Shown piece by piece: positions 55,485-64,000 of a DNA stretch of 64,000 nucleotides (position 1 is the first letter of the stretch; every line of letters begins with the position of its first letter). The notes beneath the pieces are model-generated. The model was not told the DNA's origin. It saw nothing but the letters and a program-made list of their open reading frames with translations, and searched no databases. The translations under genes and the position numbers were made by a program. The stretch lies in contig JACOSV010000084.1 in NCBI GenBank assembly GCA_016178725.1, forward strand, positions 55,205 to 119,204. Reading direction: 5' to 3'. This stretch comes from Candidatus Eiseniibacteriota bacterium (GTDB lineage: Bacteria > Eisenbacteria > RBG-16-71-46).

Positions 55485-55906
55485 GTGATCCAGGTCCACA
55501 GCACGGCGCTGCCGACTCCGAGCAGCGCCCCCACGAGCACTTCGAAGGGCGTGTGGCCGAGCAGCTCCATGAGCCTCTGCGCGCCCTCCTCGGGATTCTT
55601 GAAGTGTTCGTCGATCAGGCGGTTCAGCACCTCGGCGTGACGGCCCGCCGCACGCCGGAGGCCGGCCGCATCATACATGACGATCAGACTGAAGAATAAG
55701 GTGACGCCGAAGATGGACGAGCGGAATCCCTCCTCGAGCCCGATCATCGTCGAGAGCGCCGACACCGACGCGGCGTGCGAGCTCGGCATGCCGCCGGTCG
55801 CGACGAATCGCCGCAGGTTCCAGCGCCGGGTGCGCACGAACTCGGCGACGCCCTTGTAGCCCTGGACGAGGAACCCGATGCTCAACGCGAGCCAGAGCGC
55901 CTTCGT
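55481..55906 (-). CDS. Divergent PAP2 family (DUF212) protein (start probably ACG 55906; first standard start is TTG 55885)
   Basis: GGMPSSH, VMYDAAGLRRAAG, ELLGHTPFEV; usual ispA-DUF212-dxs position. Confidence 0.92.
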   Translation of the reverse strand, partial: TKALWLALSIGFLVQGYKGVAEFVRTRRWNLRRFVATGGMPSSHAASVSALSTMIGLEEGFRSSIFGVTLFFSLIVMYDAAGLRRAAGRHAEVLNRLIDEHFKNPEEGAQRLMELLGHTPFEVLVGALLGVGSAVLWTWIT

Positions 55907-55922
55907 ACGGTCTCCCCGATGT

Positions 55923-56906
55923 CTAGCGGTCGCGCTCGGCGACCGCGAGGATGAGATGGCCCAGATTCCACGCGCGGATGCCGAGCCGCTCGACGCGGCC
56001 GAGCGCGCTCACGAACAGCCGTCCGGCCTCGATCCGGGCGCGGTCGTCACCGACGGCGCGCGGATACGTCGCCTTGCCGCGCGCGTCGTCGGTGCCGGCG
56101 CGCTTGCCGAGCCGCGCGAGCGACGAGCGCCGGTTGAGCAGATCGTCGTGGATCTGGAACGCGAGGCCGAGCTCGAGCCCCATCGCGCCGAGCGCCCGCA
56201 GCCGTCCGGGGCTCGCGTTGCCCGCGAGGCCGCCGGTCATGAGTGCCGCGCGGATCAGGCCGCCGGTCTTGCGCAGATGGATGTCGCGGACGCCGCTCCC
56301 GCTCACGCGCCGGCCCTCGCCCTCGAGGTCGAGCACCTGCCCGCCGACCAGCACACGGCTCCCCGCCGCCTGGGCGAGCAGCGCGACGGCGCGGCACGCA
56401 GCGCGCGGCGATGCGGCGCGCGCCCGCGCGAGCGTCTCGAACGCCAGCGCGAGCAGGGCGTCGCCCGCGAGCAGCGCCGTCGCCTCGTCGAAGCGCTTGT
56501 GCGTCGTCGGCCGACCGCGGCGGAAGTCGTCGTCGTCCATTGCGGGCAGATCGTCGTGGACGAGCGAGAACGCGTGCACCAGCTCGACCGCGGCCGCTGC
56601 GGGCAACGCGCGCTCGTAGCGGCCGCCGACCGCCTCGCACGCGGTGAGCGCGAGCAGCGGGCGCAGCCGCTTGCCGGGTCCGAGCGCCGCGTAGCGCATC
56701 GCCGCGTGGAGCGCGGGCGGGGTTTCCTTCGCCGCGGGCAGGACGCCGGCGAAGTAGCGCTCGAAGCGGTCGAGGCGCGCGCGCAGCGGCGCGCGCTCGG
56801 CGCCCGCGAGCCAGCCCTCGGAGGTCGCGCGGGCTGCGGCCCGCGGCCGCCGCGCCTCGCGCGCATCCGGCGAGAGCACCGCCTGCCCCGCGCGCGAAGA
56901 GCTCAA
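55923..56906 (-). CDS. ispA: Geranyltranstransferase / polyprenyl synthetase
   Basis: GKRLRP, HDDLPAMDDDDFRRGRPT, KTG, FQIHDD, KATYP. Confidence 0.95.
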   Translation of the reverse strand: MSSSRAGQAVLSPDAREARRPRAAARATSEGWLAGAERAPLRARLDRFERYFAGVLPAAKETPPALHAAMRYAALGPGKRLRPLLALTACEAVGGRYERALPAAAAVELVHAFSLVHDDLPAMDDDDFRRGRPTTHKRFDEATALLAGDALLALAFETLARARAASPRAACRAVALLAQAAGSRVLVGGQVLDLEGEGRRVSGSGVRDIHLRKTGGLIRAALMTGGLAGNASPGRLRALGAMGLELGLAFQIHDDLLNRRSSLARLGKRAGTDDARGKATYPRAVGDDRARIEAGRLFVSALGRVERLGIRAWNLGHLILAVAERDR

Positions 56907-57220
56907 AACGGGAGCTCGCCCTCCCCGCTTCCGGAGTCGCGGTCGTTGCGCTCGTTGTCGAGTTCGAGCGGGCGTGTCGCGGGCGGCTGCCCCTGCTCCT
57001 CGACGAGCCGTTCGATCCGCTGTTCGGCCTGATCGAGGCTCGCGGTCAGCCGCCGCGACAGCCGCACGCCCTCTTCGTAGCGGGCGAGCGACTCCTCGAG
57101 CGTGAGCGATCCGGCTTCGAGCTCCTCGACGATGGTCTCGAGGCGCTCGAGCGCCTGCTCGAACGGCGGCTCGGCGTCGCCGGCGTTGCTCGCGGCCGCG
57201 CCGCGCTTACTCGCGGGCAT
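56903..57220 (-). CDS. xseB: Exodeoxyribonuclease VII small subunit
   Basis: FEQALERLETIVEELE..LEESLARYEEG. Confidence 0.95.
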   Translation of the reverse strand: MPASKRGAAASNAGDAEPPFEQALERLETIVEELEAGSLTLEESLARYEEGVRLSRRLTASLDQAEQRIERLVEEQGQPPATRPLELDNERNDRDSGSGEGELPF

Positions 57221-58577
57221 CGTTCCCTCCGGGGCGCACGGATTCGACCCGCGCGTCGGCCTCGCCGCGCGCGAACTCGATCGTGACGGGATCATTCACG
57301 GCCAGCTCGGCGGCGACGCGCAGCAGGGTACCGTCGGGCCGTCGCACAAGGCAATAACCGCGTTCCATCACGCGGCGCGGCGAGAGCGCGCGCAGGCGAT
57401 CGTCGTGGCCGGCGAGCCGCAGGCGGCGCGCGTGCATCGCGTCCACCGTGAGCGGCGTGAGCCGCGCGGCGAGCGCCGCGAACGCCTCGCGCCGGCGCAC
57501 GAGTGTGCGCGGCCACTCGCGCAGGCCGTAGCGCGTCCCGGCCGCGGCGAGCCGGGCGCGCGCCGCGGCCAGCGCCGCCCGCACGCGCGCGGCCATCCGC
57601 TCGCGCAAGCCGTCGACGCGCTGCTGCCAGAAGCCGAGCGCGTCGCGCTGGCGGCGGAACCCGTACTTCTCGATCAGCTCGCGCAGCCGGCGGCGGCGGC
57701 GGTCGAAGCCGACGCGCACGGCGCGCATCGCGCGGCCCTCGAGCACTTCGATGCCGCCGCGCACCTCGCGCCGGTCACGGACCGCGATCTCGGCGGCGTT
57801 GGACGGCGTCGCCGCGCGCACGTCGGCGGCGAGATCGGCGAGCGTCACGTCCACCTCGTGCCCGATGGCGGCGATCACGGGCAGCTTCGATCCCGCGATC
57901 GCACGCACCACCGGCTCTTCGTTGAACGCCCAGAGATCCTCGAGCGAGCCGCCGCCGCGGCCGACGATGAGCAGATCCACCTTCATGTAACGGTTGAAGC
58001 GCGCGATGGCGGAGGCGATCTCCTGTGCGGCGCCCGGTCCCTGCACGCGCACCGGCGCGAGGACGATCCCAGTTCCCGGCCAGCGCGTGCGCAGCACCTT
58101 GACCATGTCGCGCACGGCCGCGCCGACGGGCGAGGTGACGAGCCCGATGCGTTCGGGATACCGGGGCAGCGGCTTGCGGCGCGCGGGATCGAACAGGCCC
58201 TCGGCCTGCAGCCGGCGCTTGAGCTCCTCGTACGCGACCAGCAGCGCGCCGAGGCCGCCCGGCCGCAGCGTCTCGACCACGAGCTGATAGCGCCCGCGCG
58301 GCGCGTAGACGGTGACCGCGCCGAACGCCTCGACCTCGGTGCCGTCCTTCGGCTCGAACGTGAGCCGGTTCGCGGCCGTGCTCCACATCACGCAGTCGAG
58401 CAGCGCGTCCTTGCCGTCCTTGAGCGCGAAGTAGAGCTGGCCGCGATCGGCGCGTTTGACGCCCGACAGCTCCCCCTTGACCCACACGGCCGGGAACGCG
58501 CCGTCGAGCGTGTCCTTGATGAGGCGCGTGAGCGCCGAGACCGAGAGGATGCGCTCGGACGCGGGCGAGACCGCCAT
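57207..58577 (-). CDS. xseA: Exodeoxyribonuclease VII large subunit
   Basis: OB fold, RGGGSLEDLWAFN, IGHEVD, AATPS, RGY. Confidence 0.97.
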   Translation of the reverse strand: MAVSPASERILSVSALTRLIKDTLDGAFPAVWVKGELSGVKRADRGQLYFALKDGKDALLDCVMWSTAANRLTFEPKDGTEVEAFGAVTVYAPRGRYQLVVETLRPGGLGALLVAYEELKRRLQAEGLFDPARRKPLPRYPERIGLVTSPVGAAVRDMVKVLRTRWPGTGIVLAPVRVQGPGAAQEIASAIARFNRYMKVDLLIVGRGGGSLEDLWAFNEEPVVRAIAGSKLPVIAAIGHEVDVTLADLAADVRAATPSNAAEIAVRDRREVRGGIEVLEGRAMRAVRVGFDRRRRRLRELIEKYGFRRQRDALGFWQQRVDGLRERMAARVRAALAAARARLAAAGTRYGLREWPRTLVRRREAFAALAARLTPLTVDAMHARRLRLAGHDDRLRALSPRRVMERGYCLVRRPDGTLLRVAAELAVNDPVTIEFARGEADARVESVRPGGNDARE

Positions 58578-59011
58578 CAGAGCCCGCCGGCTTCGGCGAA
58601 CGTGAGGACGTTGCCGTCGGGATCGATCACGACGAACTCGGCCGGCGTCCCCGCGGCCTGGACGATTCCCAGCGCGCTCCACTCGGCGAAGAGCGCGGCG
58701 GCGTCGTCGGCGGCGACGCGACAGCCGCCCGCCTTCGGCAGCGCGGGATCGGCGGAGCGCCGAAGGAGGATCTCGACGTCGTCGCGCGACAGCAATGCGT
58801 GGTCCTCGAAGCGCGAGCCGGGCGCAAACCCGAGCTGCCCGGCGTAGAACTCGATCGCGCGCCCGATGTCGAGCACCGGGAGGATCGGCACGGCGCGGCG
58901 GAGCCGCGGACCGGACGGCTCGGGCGCGGCCGCGCGCGCGACGAGCCGCTTCGCGGCCGGCCGCTTGTCGTGCGCGAGCTTCTCCACCTTCGCGCGCGAC
59001 AGCTTGCTCAC
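58577..59011 (-). CDS. VOC/glyoxalase (bleomycin-resistance-like) protein
   Basis: AVPILPVLD..AIEFY...LGF, EFVVIDPDGNVLTF; overlaps both neighbours. Confidence 0.85.
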   Translation of the reverse strand: MSKLSRAKVEKLAHDKRPAAKRLVARAAAPEPSGPRLRRAVPILPVLDIGRAIEFYAGQLGFAPGSRFEDHALLSRDDVEILLRRSADPALPKAGGCRVAADDAAALFAEWSALGIVQAAGTPAEFVVIDPDGNVLTFAEAGGL

Positions 59012-59589
59012 GTCCGCATCGCTCCGGCGCGGACGCGATGGAGGTGGCGCAGCAGGTTGACCTGGCCGTAGTGCCCGGCCTCGTGCTCGAGCACGTGGTA
59101 GAGCGTCCAGCCCACCGTGCACTCGAACTCGGTGTCGGTCGTCCACGTCGCCATGAATCTGTAGCGACGATCGAGGTCCGCGTCCGTGAGCGTCGCCACC
59201 AGCTGCTTCGTCCGCGCCCGGGCGCGCGCGCGCAGGTCGTCGAAGTAGGCGAGGTCGCGGCCGCCGAGCGCCGCGGGGGCCGCGGCTTCCTCCGGCATCG
59301 GAATTCCGATCTCGGCCCGCGTGATCCCGAGGTCGCCTTCGTCGCCGCGCTCGGGGCCGAGGACCGCGCGGTTGATCCAGCGCACCTCGACGACGGCGAT
59401 GTGGGCGAGCAGCTGGCCGATCGTGTTCATCCCCGGAGCCGGCTGCCAGCCGAGCTCGTCCGGCGTCGCGCCGCGCGTGTCCTCGGTGAGCCGCCGGCTC
59501 TGGTCGTCCATCTGCCACAGGAAGAGGCCGACGGGATGCGATCGGTTGCCGGCGACCGGCGTGAGGAATCGCTGCTCGAGCTTGGGCAT
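59008..59589 (-). CDS. DinB/DUF664 family protein
   Basis: NTIGQLLAHIAVVE..W, YHVLEHEAGHYGQ; GGAGG SD. Confidence 0.9.
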   Translation of the reverse strand: MPKLEQRFLTPVAGNRSHPVGLFLWQMDDQSRRLTEDTRGATPDELGWQPAPGMNTIGQLLAHIAVVEVRWINRAVLGPERGDEGDLGITRAEIGIPMPEEAAAPAALGGRDLAYFDDLRARARARTKQLVATLTDADLDRRYRFMATWTTDTEFECTVGWTLYHVLEHEAGHYGQVNLLRHLHRVRAGAMRT

Positions 59590-59611
59590 TCGCGTTCTCC
59601 CTCCCCGAGGC

Positions 59612-61294
59612 CTAGACCCTGACTCCGCTCATCTGACGCTCGACCGCGGCGACCGTGTTGGCGACGACCATCGCCACGGTCATCGGGCCCACGCCGCCCG
59701 GCACCGGCGTCAGCGCCCCCGCGACCTGCGCGACGCCGCGCGCGTCGACGTCGCCCACGAGCTTCTTCACGTCCTCGCGCCCCGGCGCCGCCGGATGGAT
59801 GCCCACGTCCACGACCGTCGCGCCCGGCTTCACCCAGTCGGCGGTCACCCACTCGGGCCGGCCGATCGCCGCGACGAGCAGATCCGCCTCGCGCGCCGCG
59901 TCGCGCAACGAAGGCCCGCTCGCGCTGTGGCCGACCGTGACCGTCATGTCGACGCCCCGGCTCGAGAGCAGTGTGGCGAGCGGTCGGCCGACGATCGCGC
60001 TGCGGCCGAGCACGGTCGCGCGGTGGCCGGCGAGCGGCACCTCGTAGTAACGCAGCAGGTGGAGGATGCCGCGCGGCGTGCACGGCACGAATCCCGGCAG
60101 GCCCGCCGCGAGCCGGCCCGCGTTCACCGGATGGAACCCGTCCACGTCCTTCTCGGGCGGGATCGCTTCGAGCGCGGCCCCGGCGTCGGCGGGCGGCGCC
60201 AACGGCAGCTGGAGCAGGATGCCGTGCACGTCGCGGCTCGCGCCGAGTATCCGGATCTTCTCGATCACGGTCGCCGTGTCGGCGCCCGCGGCCAGCGTCA
60301 CGCGCTTCACCTCGATCCCGACCTCGGCGCACGCCTCGCTCTTGCGCTTGAGATAGATCTGCGACGCCGGGTGCTCGCCGACCGAGACCAGCGCCAGGGT
60401 CGGGACCACGCCGCCCGCGCGCAGCTCGGCGACGCGAACGCGCGCCTCGGCGCGCACCGCGGCCGCGGGCTCCTCGCCCGAGAGCCGGCGCGCCCCCTCG
60501 CCCGAAGGCATCGCGAATCGGATCTGCAGGCGCTCGATCGACTGCGCACGGCCGGTCGCGGGATCGACGCGCAGCACCGCGCCGTTCAGCCGCAGGTCGC
60601 CGGACGCGGGCGTCAGGCGCTCGGGCATGCCGGTCAGGAACCGGCGCAGGGCCGCGTCGCGGTCCATGCCGATCACCGATTCGAAGCCGCCGGTCATCCC
60701 GGCGTCGCAGAGGAACGCCGTGCCGTTCGGCAGCACGCGCTCGTCGGCGGTCTGAACGTGCGTGTGCGTCCCGATCACGGCGCTCACGCGCCCGTCGAGG
60801 TGCCAGCCGAGGGCGATCTTCTCGGCGGTTGTCTCGGCGTGGATGTCGACGAGCACGACCTTGCACTTGCCGCGCATCGCCTCGAGCACGGAGTCGGCGG
60901 CGCGAAACGGATCGTCGGCCTCCTTCATGAACACGCGACCGAGCAGGTTCAGGATGCCGACCGCCGTGCCGTCGCCGGCGCGCACGATGCGCCAGCCCGC
61001 GCCCGGAGTTCCCGGCGGCAGGTTGGCGGGGCGGACGAGCCGCGCCTCGCCGCGCAGGTAATCGATGCTCTCCTTGCGATCCCAGATGTGGTTGCCGCCG
61101 GTGAGGACGTCGATCCCGGCGGCGAAGAGGCCGGACGCCGAGTCGCGCGTGAGGCCGAAGCCGCCGGCGGCGTTCTCCCCATTGCAGACGACGAGGTCGA
61201 TCGCGTGGCGGCGCTTGAGCTCGGGGAGCAGCGCGCGCACCACGTCGCGCCCCGGCGCCCCGATCACGTCGGCGATGAAGAGGATGTTCAGCAT
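59612..61294 (-). CDS. ymdB-folD: Fusion: YmdB (TIGR00282) metallophosphoesterase + FolD methylene-THF dehydrogenase/cyclohydrolase
   Basis: N-half NGEN, TGGNH, DIHAE, GTHTH; C-half ASQIY, LQLPL, KDVDG, PCTP, TPVPGGVGPMT; no stop between them. Confidence 0.9.
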   Translation of the reverse strand: MLNILFIADVIGAPGRDVVRALLPELKRRHAIDLVVCNGENAAGGFGLTRDSASGLFAAGIDVLTGGNHIWDRKESIDYLRGEARLVRPANLPPGTPGAGWRIVRAGDGTAVGILNLLGRVFMKEADDPFRAADSVLEAMRGKCKVVLVDIHAETTAEKIALGWHLDGRVSAVIGTHTHVQTADERVLPNGTAFLCDAGMTGGFESVIGMDRDAALRRFLTGMPERLTPASGDLRLNGAVLRVDPATGRAQSIERLQIRFAMPSGEGARRLSGEEPAAAVRAEARVRVAELRAGGVVPTLALVSVGEHPASQIYLKRKSEACAEVGIEVKRVTLAAGADTATVIEKIRILGASRDVHGILLQLPLAPPADAGAALEAIPPEKDVDGFHPVNAGRLAAGLPGFVPCTPRGILHLLRYYEVPLAGHRATVLGRSAIVGRPLATLLSSRGVDMTVTVGHSASGPSLRDAAREADLLVAAIGRPEWVTADWVKPGATVVDVGIHPAAPGREDVKKLVGDVDARGVAQVAGALTPVPGGVGPMTVAMVVANTVAAVERQMSGVRV

Positions 61295-61301
61295 CGGCGC
61301 C

Positions 61302-62867
61302 CTACTTCGCGTAGTCCACGGCGCGCGTCTCGCGGATCACGGTGACGCGGATCTGGCCCGGGTACTGCAGCTCCTTCTCGATCCGCCGCGCGATCTCGCC
61401 GGCGAGGTCCTGCGCGCGCGCGTCGTCCACCTTGGAGTGCTCGACCAGGATGCGGATCTCCCGGCCCGCCTGGATCGCGTACGATTTCTCGACGCCCGGA
61501 AACGTGCCGGCGATCCGCTCCAGCGACTCGAGGCGCTTGATGTAGATCTCGAGGCTCTCGCGGCGCGCGCCGGGGCGTGCGCCCGAAACCGCGTCGGCCG
61601 CGGCGACCAGCACCGGCCACAGGCTGCCGCCCGCGTAGTCGTCGTGGTGGTAGCCGATCGATTCGAGCACCGGCTGCGGCTCGCCATAGCGCGCCGCGAC
61701 GTCCATCCCTAGCGCCGGGTGCGTGCCCTCCTGATCGTGGTCGATCGCCTTGCCGATGTCGTGCATCAGGCCGCCGCGCTTGGCCATCTTCTGATCCATG
61801 CCGATCTCGGCCGCCATCATGCCCGCGAGGTGCGCGACCTCGATCGAGTGGCGCAGGATGTTCTGCCCGTACGAGGTGCGGTAGTGCAGCCGGCCGAGCA
61901 GCTGCTGCAGCTCGGGGTGGATGCCGTGGACGCCGACCTCGAGGCAGGCGAGCTCGCCGAGCTCCTTGATCTTGCTCTCGACTTCGCCCTTCACCTTGGC
62001 GACCACTTCCTCGATCCGCGCCGGATGGATGCGCCCGTCGGCGACCAGACGCTCGAGCGACTGACGCGCGATCTCGCGCCGCACGGGATCGAAGCCCGAG
62101 AGGATGACCGCCTCCGGCGTGTCGTCGATGATGACGTCGACGCCGGTGATGGTCTCGAACGAGCGGATGTTGCGCCCCTCGCGGCCGATGATGCGGCCCT
62201 TCATGTCGTCGCTCGGCAGGTGCACGACCGACACCGACGACTCGGAGACCTGATCGCCGGCGTAGCGCTGCATCGCCAGCGTGATGATCTTGCGCGCCTC
62301 GCGCTCGGCGTTGCGCTGTGCGGCGTCGCGGATCTCGGCCACGCGGCGGTTGGCCTCGGCGCGCGCCTCGCTCTCGATGCTCGCAAGCAGCTGCGCCCGC
62401 GCCTCGTCGGCGCTCATGCCGGCGACGCGTTCGAGCCGCGCGGTCTGCTCCTGCATCAGCGTCTCGAGCTGGGCGTTGCGCTGCTGCACCGCGCCCTCGC
62501 GCTGGCCGACCTCCTGCTCGAGGCGCTTCAGGTCGCGGTCCTTCTTCTCGACCAGCTCGACGCGGCGATTGAACGCCGCCTCGCGCTCCTGGAACGCTCG
62601 CTCGGTCGCGAGCTGCGTGCTGCGCGCCTGCTGGTTCTCGCGCTCGCCCTGCTGGCGCAGCTTGAGTGCTTCTTCCTTGCCCTCGAGCACGGCCGCGCGC
62701 TTGACCGCGTCGGCCTCGCGCCGCGCGTCCTCGACGATCACCTGCGCCTGACGCTCGGCGTCGCCGAGCCGCGTCGCGGCGAGGCGCGCGCGCGCCGTCC
62801 ATCCGACCGCAAACGAAACGACGGCACCGATCACGATGCCGCCGATCCAGAACACGATATTCATCAC
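61302..62867 (-). CDS. rny: Ribonuclease Y
   Basis: N-terminal TM, coiled coil, KH ([12 protein letters not shown]), HD (HDIGK), ARPGAR. Confidence 0.98.
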   Translation of the reverse strand: MMNIVFWIGGIVIGAVVSFAVGWTARARLAATRLGDAERQAQVIVEDARREADAVKRAAVLEGKEEALKLRQQGERENQQARSTQLATERAFQEREAAFNRRVELVEKKDRDLKRLEQEVGQREGAVQQRNAQLETLMQEQTARLERVAGMSADEARAQLLASIESEARAEANRRVAEIRDAAQRNAEREARKIITLAMQRYAGDQVSESSVSVVHLPSDDMKGRIIGREGRNIRSFETITGVDVIIDDTPEAVILSGFDPVRREIARQSLERLVADGRIHPARIEEVVAKVKGEVESKIKELGELACLEVGVHGIHPELQQLLGRLHYRTSYGQNILRHSIEVAHLAGMMAAEIGMDQKMAKRGGLMHDIGKAIDHDQEGTHPALGMDVAARYGEPQPVLESIGYHHDDYAGGSLWPVLVAAADAVSGARPGARRESLEIYIKRLESLERIAGTFPGVEKSYAIQAGREIRILVEHSKVDDARAQDLAGEIARRIEKELQYPGQIRVTVIRETRAVDYAK

Positions 62868-62960
62868 CCGTCTCCCGCGCCCCGGTTCCGGCGCGGGCGC
62901 CGCTCCGCCGCGAGGCGGAACCGCGCGCCGGCGCCGGCCGGGGCACCCGCGGGGCCAGAC

Positions 62961-63147
62961 AATCCCCGCCGAAATGCCGTGTGCATTGGCGTTCTTGAGA
63001 CCTGGAAATCCAGGTGGGCGCGCCTCGAGCGGGTCGGTCCTCCCGAGCGCTTACGCGCCGGGCGCGACGTCGCCGATCACCGGAACACCCTTGAACGTCA
63101 TTAATGGTTCAAGAACGGTAGATGCATCACGGGCACGGCAGGGAATC
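62961..63147 (-). ncRNA. ssrS: 6S RNA
   Basis: About 187 nt between zapA and rny, the usual location; ends pair (GATTCCCTGCCG/CGGCGGGGATT) and inner stem CGTTCTTGA/TCAAGAACG flanks a central bubble. Confidence 0.85.
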
Positions 63148-63179
63148 CACGGCAAAACCGTCCATCGTCCTCCGCGGCT

Positions 63180-63482
63180 CTAGCCGGACGGGCTCTTCTC
63201 GAACAGATCGTCCAGCACCGCGTTCAAGCGCGCCGCCCGCGAGCCCAGCGTCTTCTCCTGGGCCTCGAGCCGCGCGCGCTCCTTGAACAGCTCATCGGCG
63301 ATGTTGAGTGAGGCGAGGATCGCCACCTTCGAGAGCGAAGCCACCGGCAGCTTGTCGGTGATCTCGCGCATCTTGCGGTCCACGTACCCCGCGACGCCCA
63401 GGATGTACTCCTGATCGGCCTCGCCGCGGATCGTGTAGCCGTGGCCGAAGATCTGCACCTGAACCACGTTCTTGGCGTCCAT
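63180..63482 (-). CDS. zapA: Cell division protein ZapA
   Basis: VQIFGHGYTI, VDRKM, AILASLNIADE. Confidence 0.93.
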   Translation of the reverse strand: MDAKNVVQVQIFGHGYTIRGEADQEYILGVAGYVDRKMREITDKLPVASLSKVAILASLNIADELFKERARLEAQEKTLGSRAARLNAVLDDLFEKSPSG

Positions 63483-63589
63483 CGCCCCTCGCTTCGCCGG
63501 GAACTCCCTGCGTGGTGTCGATGTCATGCCCCGCCCGCCCGTCGGGCGGGGCGGCTCCCCGCGACCACGAATGCGTCGCGGGACGTCGT

Positions 63590-63886
63590 CTACGTCTCGA
63601 GCTTCTCCAGCTTCCTCACCAGCGACTCGATGCGGGTCGCTACCGTGCGACGCTCGCCCTGCCACTCGCGCTGCTCCCTGCGCAGCGCCTGCAGCTCCGA
63701 GGTCATTGCCGTCAGATCGTGGCCGTGAAGCTTCGACTCGGCGTCGCGCAGCTTGCGCGCGAGCTCGTCGCGCTCGCGCTCGAGGCGCTGCTGGTCGTCG
63801 CGCATGCGCTGCACCAGCGCCGCCGCCTTCTCCACCCGTTCGGCGAGCAGATCGAGATCCGTCGCCATCGTCGTCGTTTCCGTCAT
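63590..63886 (-). CDS. zapB: ZapB-like coiled-coil protein
   Basis: All-helical heptad pattern; pheT-zapB-zapA synteny. Confidence 0.75.
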   Translation of the reverse strand: MTETTTMATDLDLLAERVEKAAALVQRMRDDQQRLERERDELARKLRDAESKLHGHDLTAMTSELQALRREQREWQGERRTVATRIESLVRKLEKLET

Positions 63887-64000
63887 CGCTCTCTCAATCG
63901 CGCGCCGAGGGTCTTCGCCGCAGCCGCGGTCATCCGGTCCTGGATCGTCTGGATCTCGGCCTCGGTGAGCGTGCGCTCCGGATGCTGGAACCGCAACGCG
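63883..64000 (-). CDS. pheT: Phenylalanine--tRNA ligase beta subunit, C-terminal end (partial)
   Basis: Translates ALRFQHPERTLTEAEI...LGARLRER*, the FDX-ACB domain end. Confidence 0.93.
   Translation of the reverse strand, partial: ALRFQHPERTLTEAEIQTIQDRMTAAAAKTLGARLRER

Overview
Very GC-rich (about 70% by eye) bacterial core-genome segment with almost no intergenic space. It comes from a diderm (LptE, outer-membrane barrels, FCB-type SecA insert), and Ca. Eisenbacteria/FCB-related is a guess, not demonstrated. Genes are mostly on + up to ~28.7 kb (guaA end, cspA, secA, smg-like, topA, xerC, dapF-dapA-dapB, BamA/TolB-like protein, uvrC, xerD, beta-CASP nuclease, SNF2 helicase plus partner, GH57). 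They are all on - after that (pheT end, zapB, zapA, 6S RNA, rny, ymdB-folD fusion, xseAB, ispA, dxs, nadK, recN, trpEGD-RDD-trpCFB, tRNA-Arg, ubiE/menG, GGDEF, wbpB/D/E-like genes, sigma54 two-component pair, lptE, holA, STT3-like protein, leuS, radical SAM). A 28-bp dif site lies at the convergence (29694-29721), so this is probably the replication terminus. No mobile element, prophage or CRISPR array was found. The most unusual observations are: single in-frame TAG codons inside the otherwise intact genes topA and trpG; two genes whose best start codon is ACG; a YmdB-FolD fusion; a divergent STT3/PglB-like glycosyltransferase; and a coupled beta-CASP / Tudor-SNF2 / YqhG-like module. The single-base anomalies could be assembly errors and need a check against raw reads.
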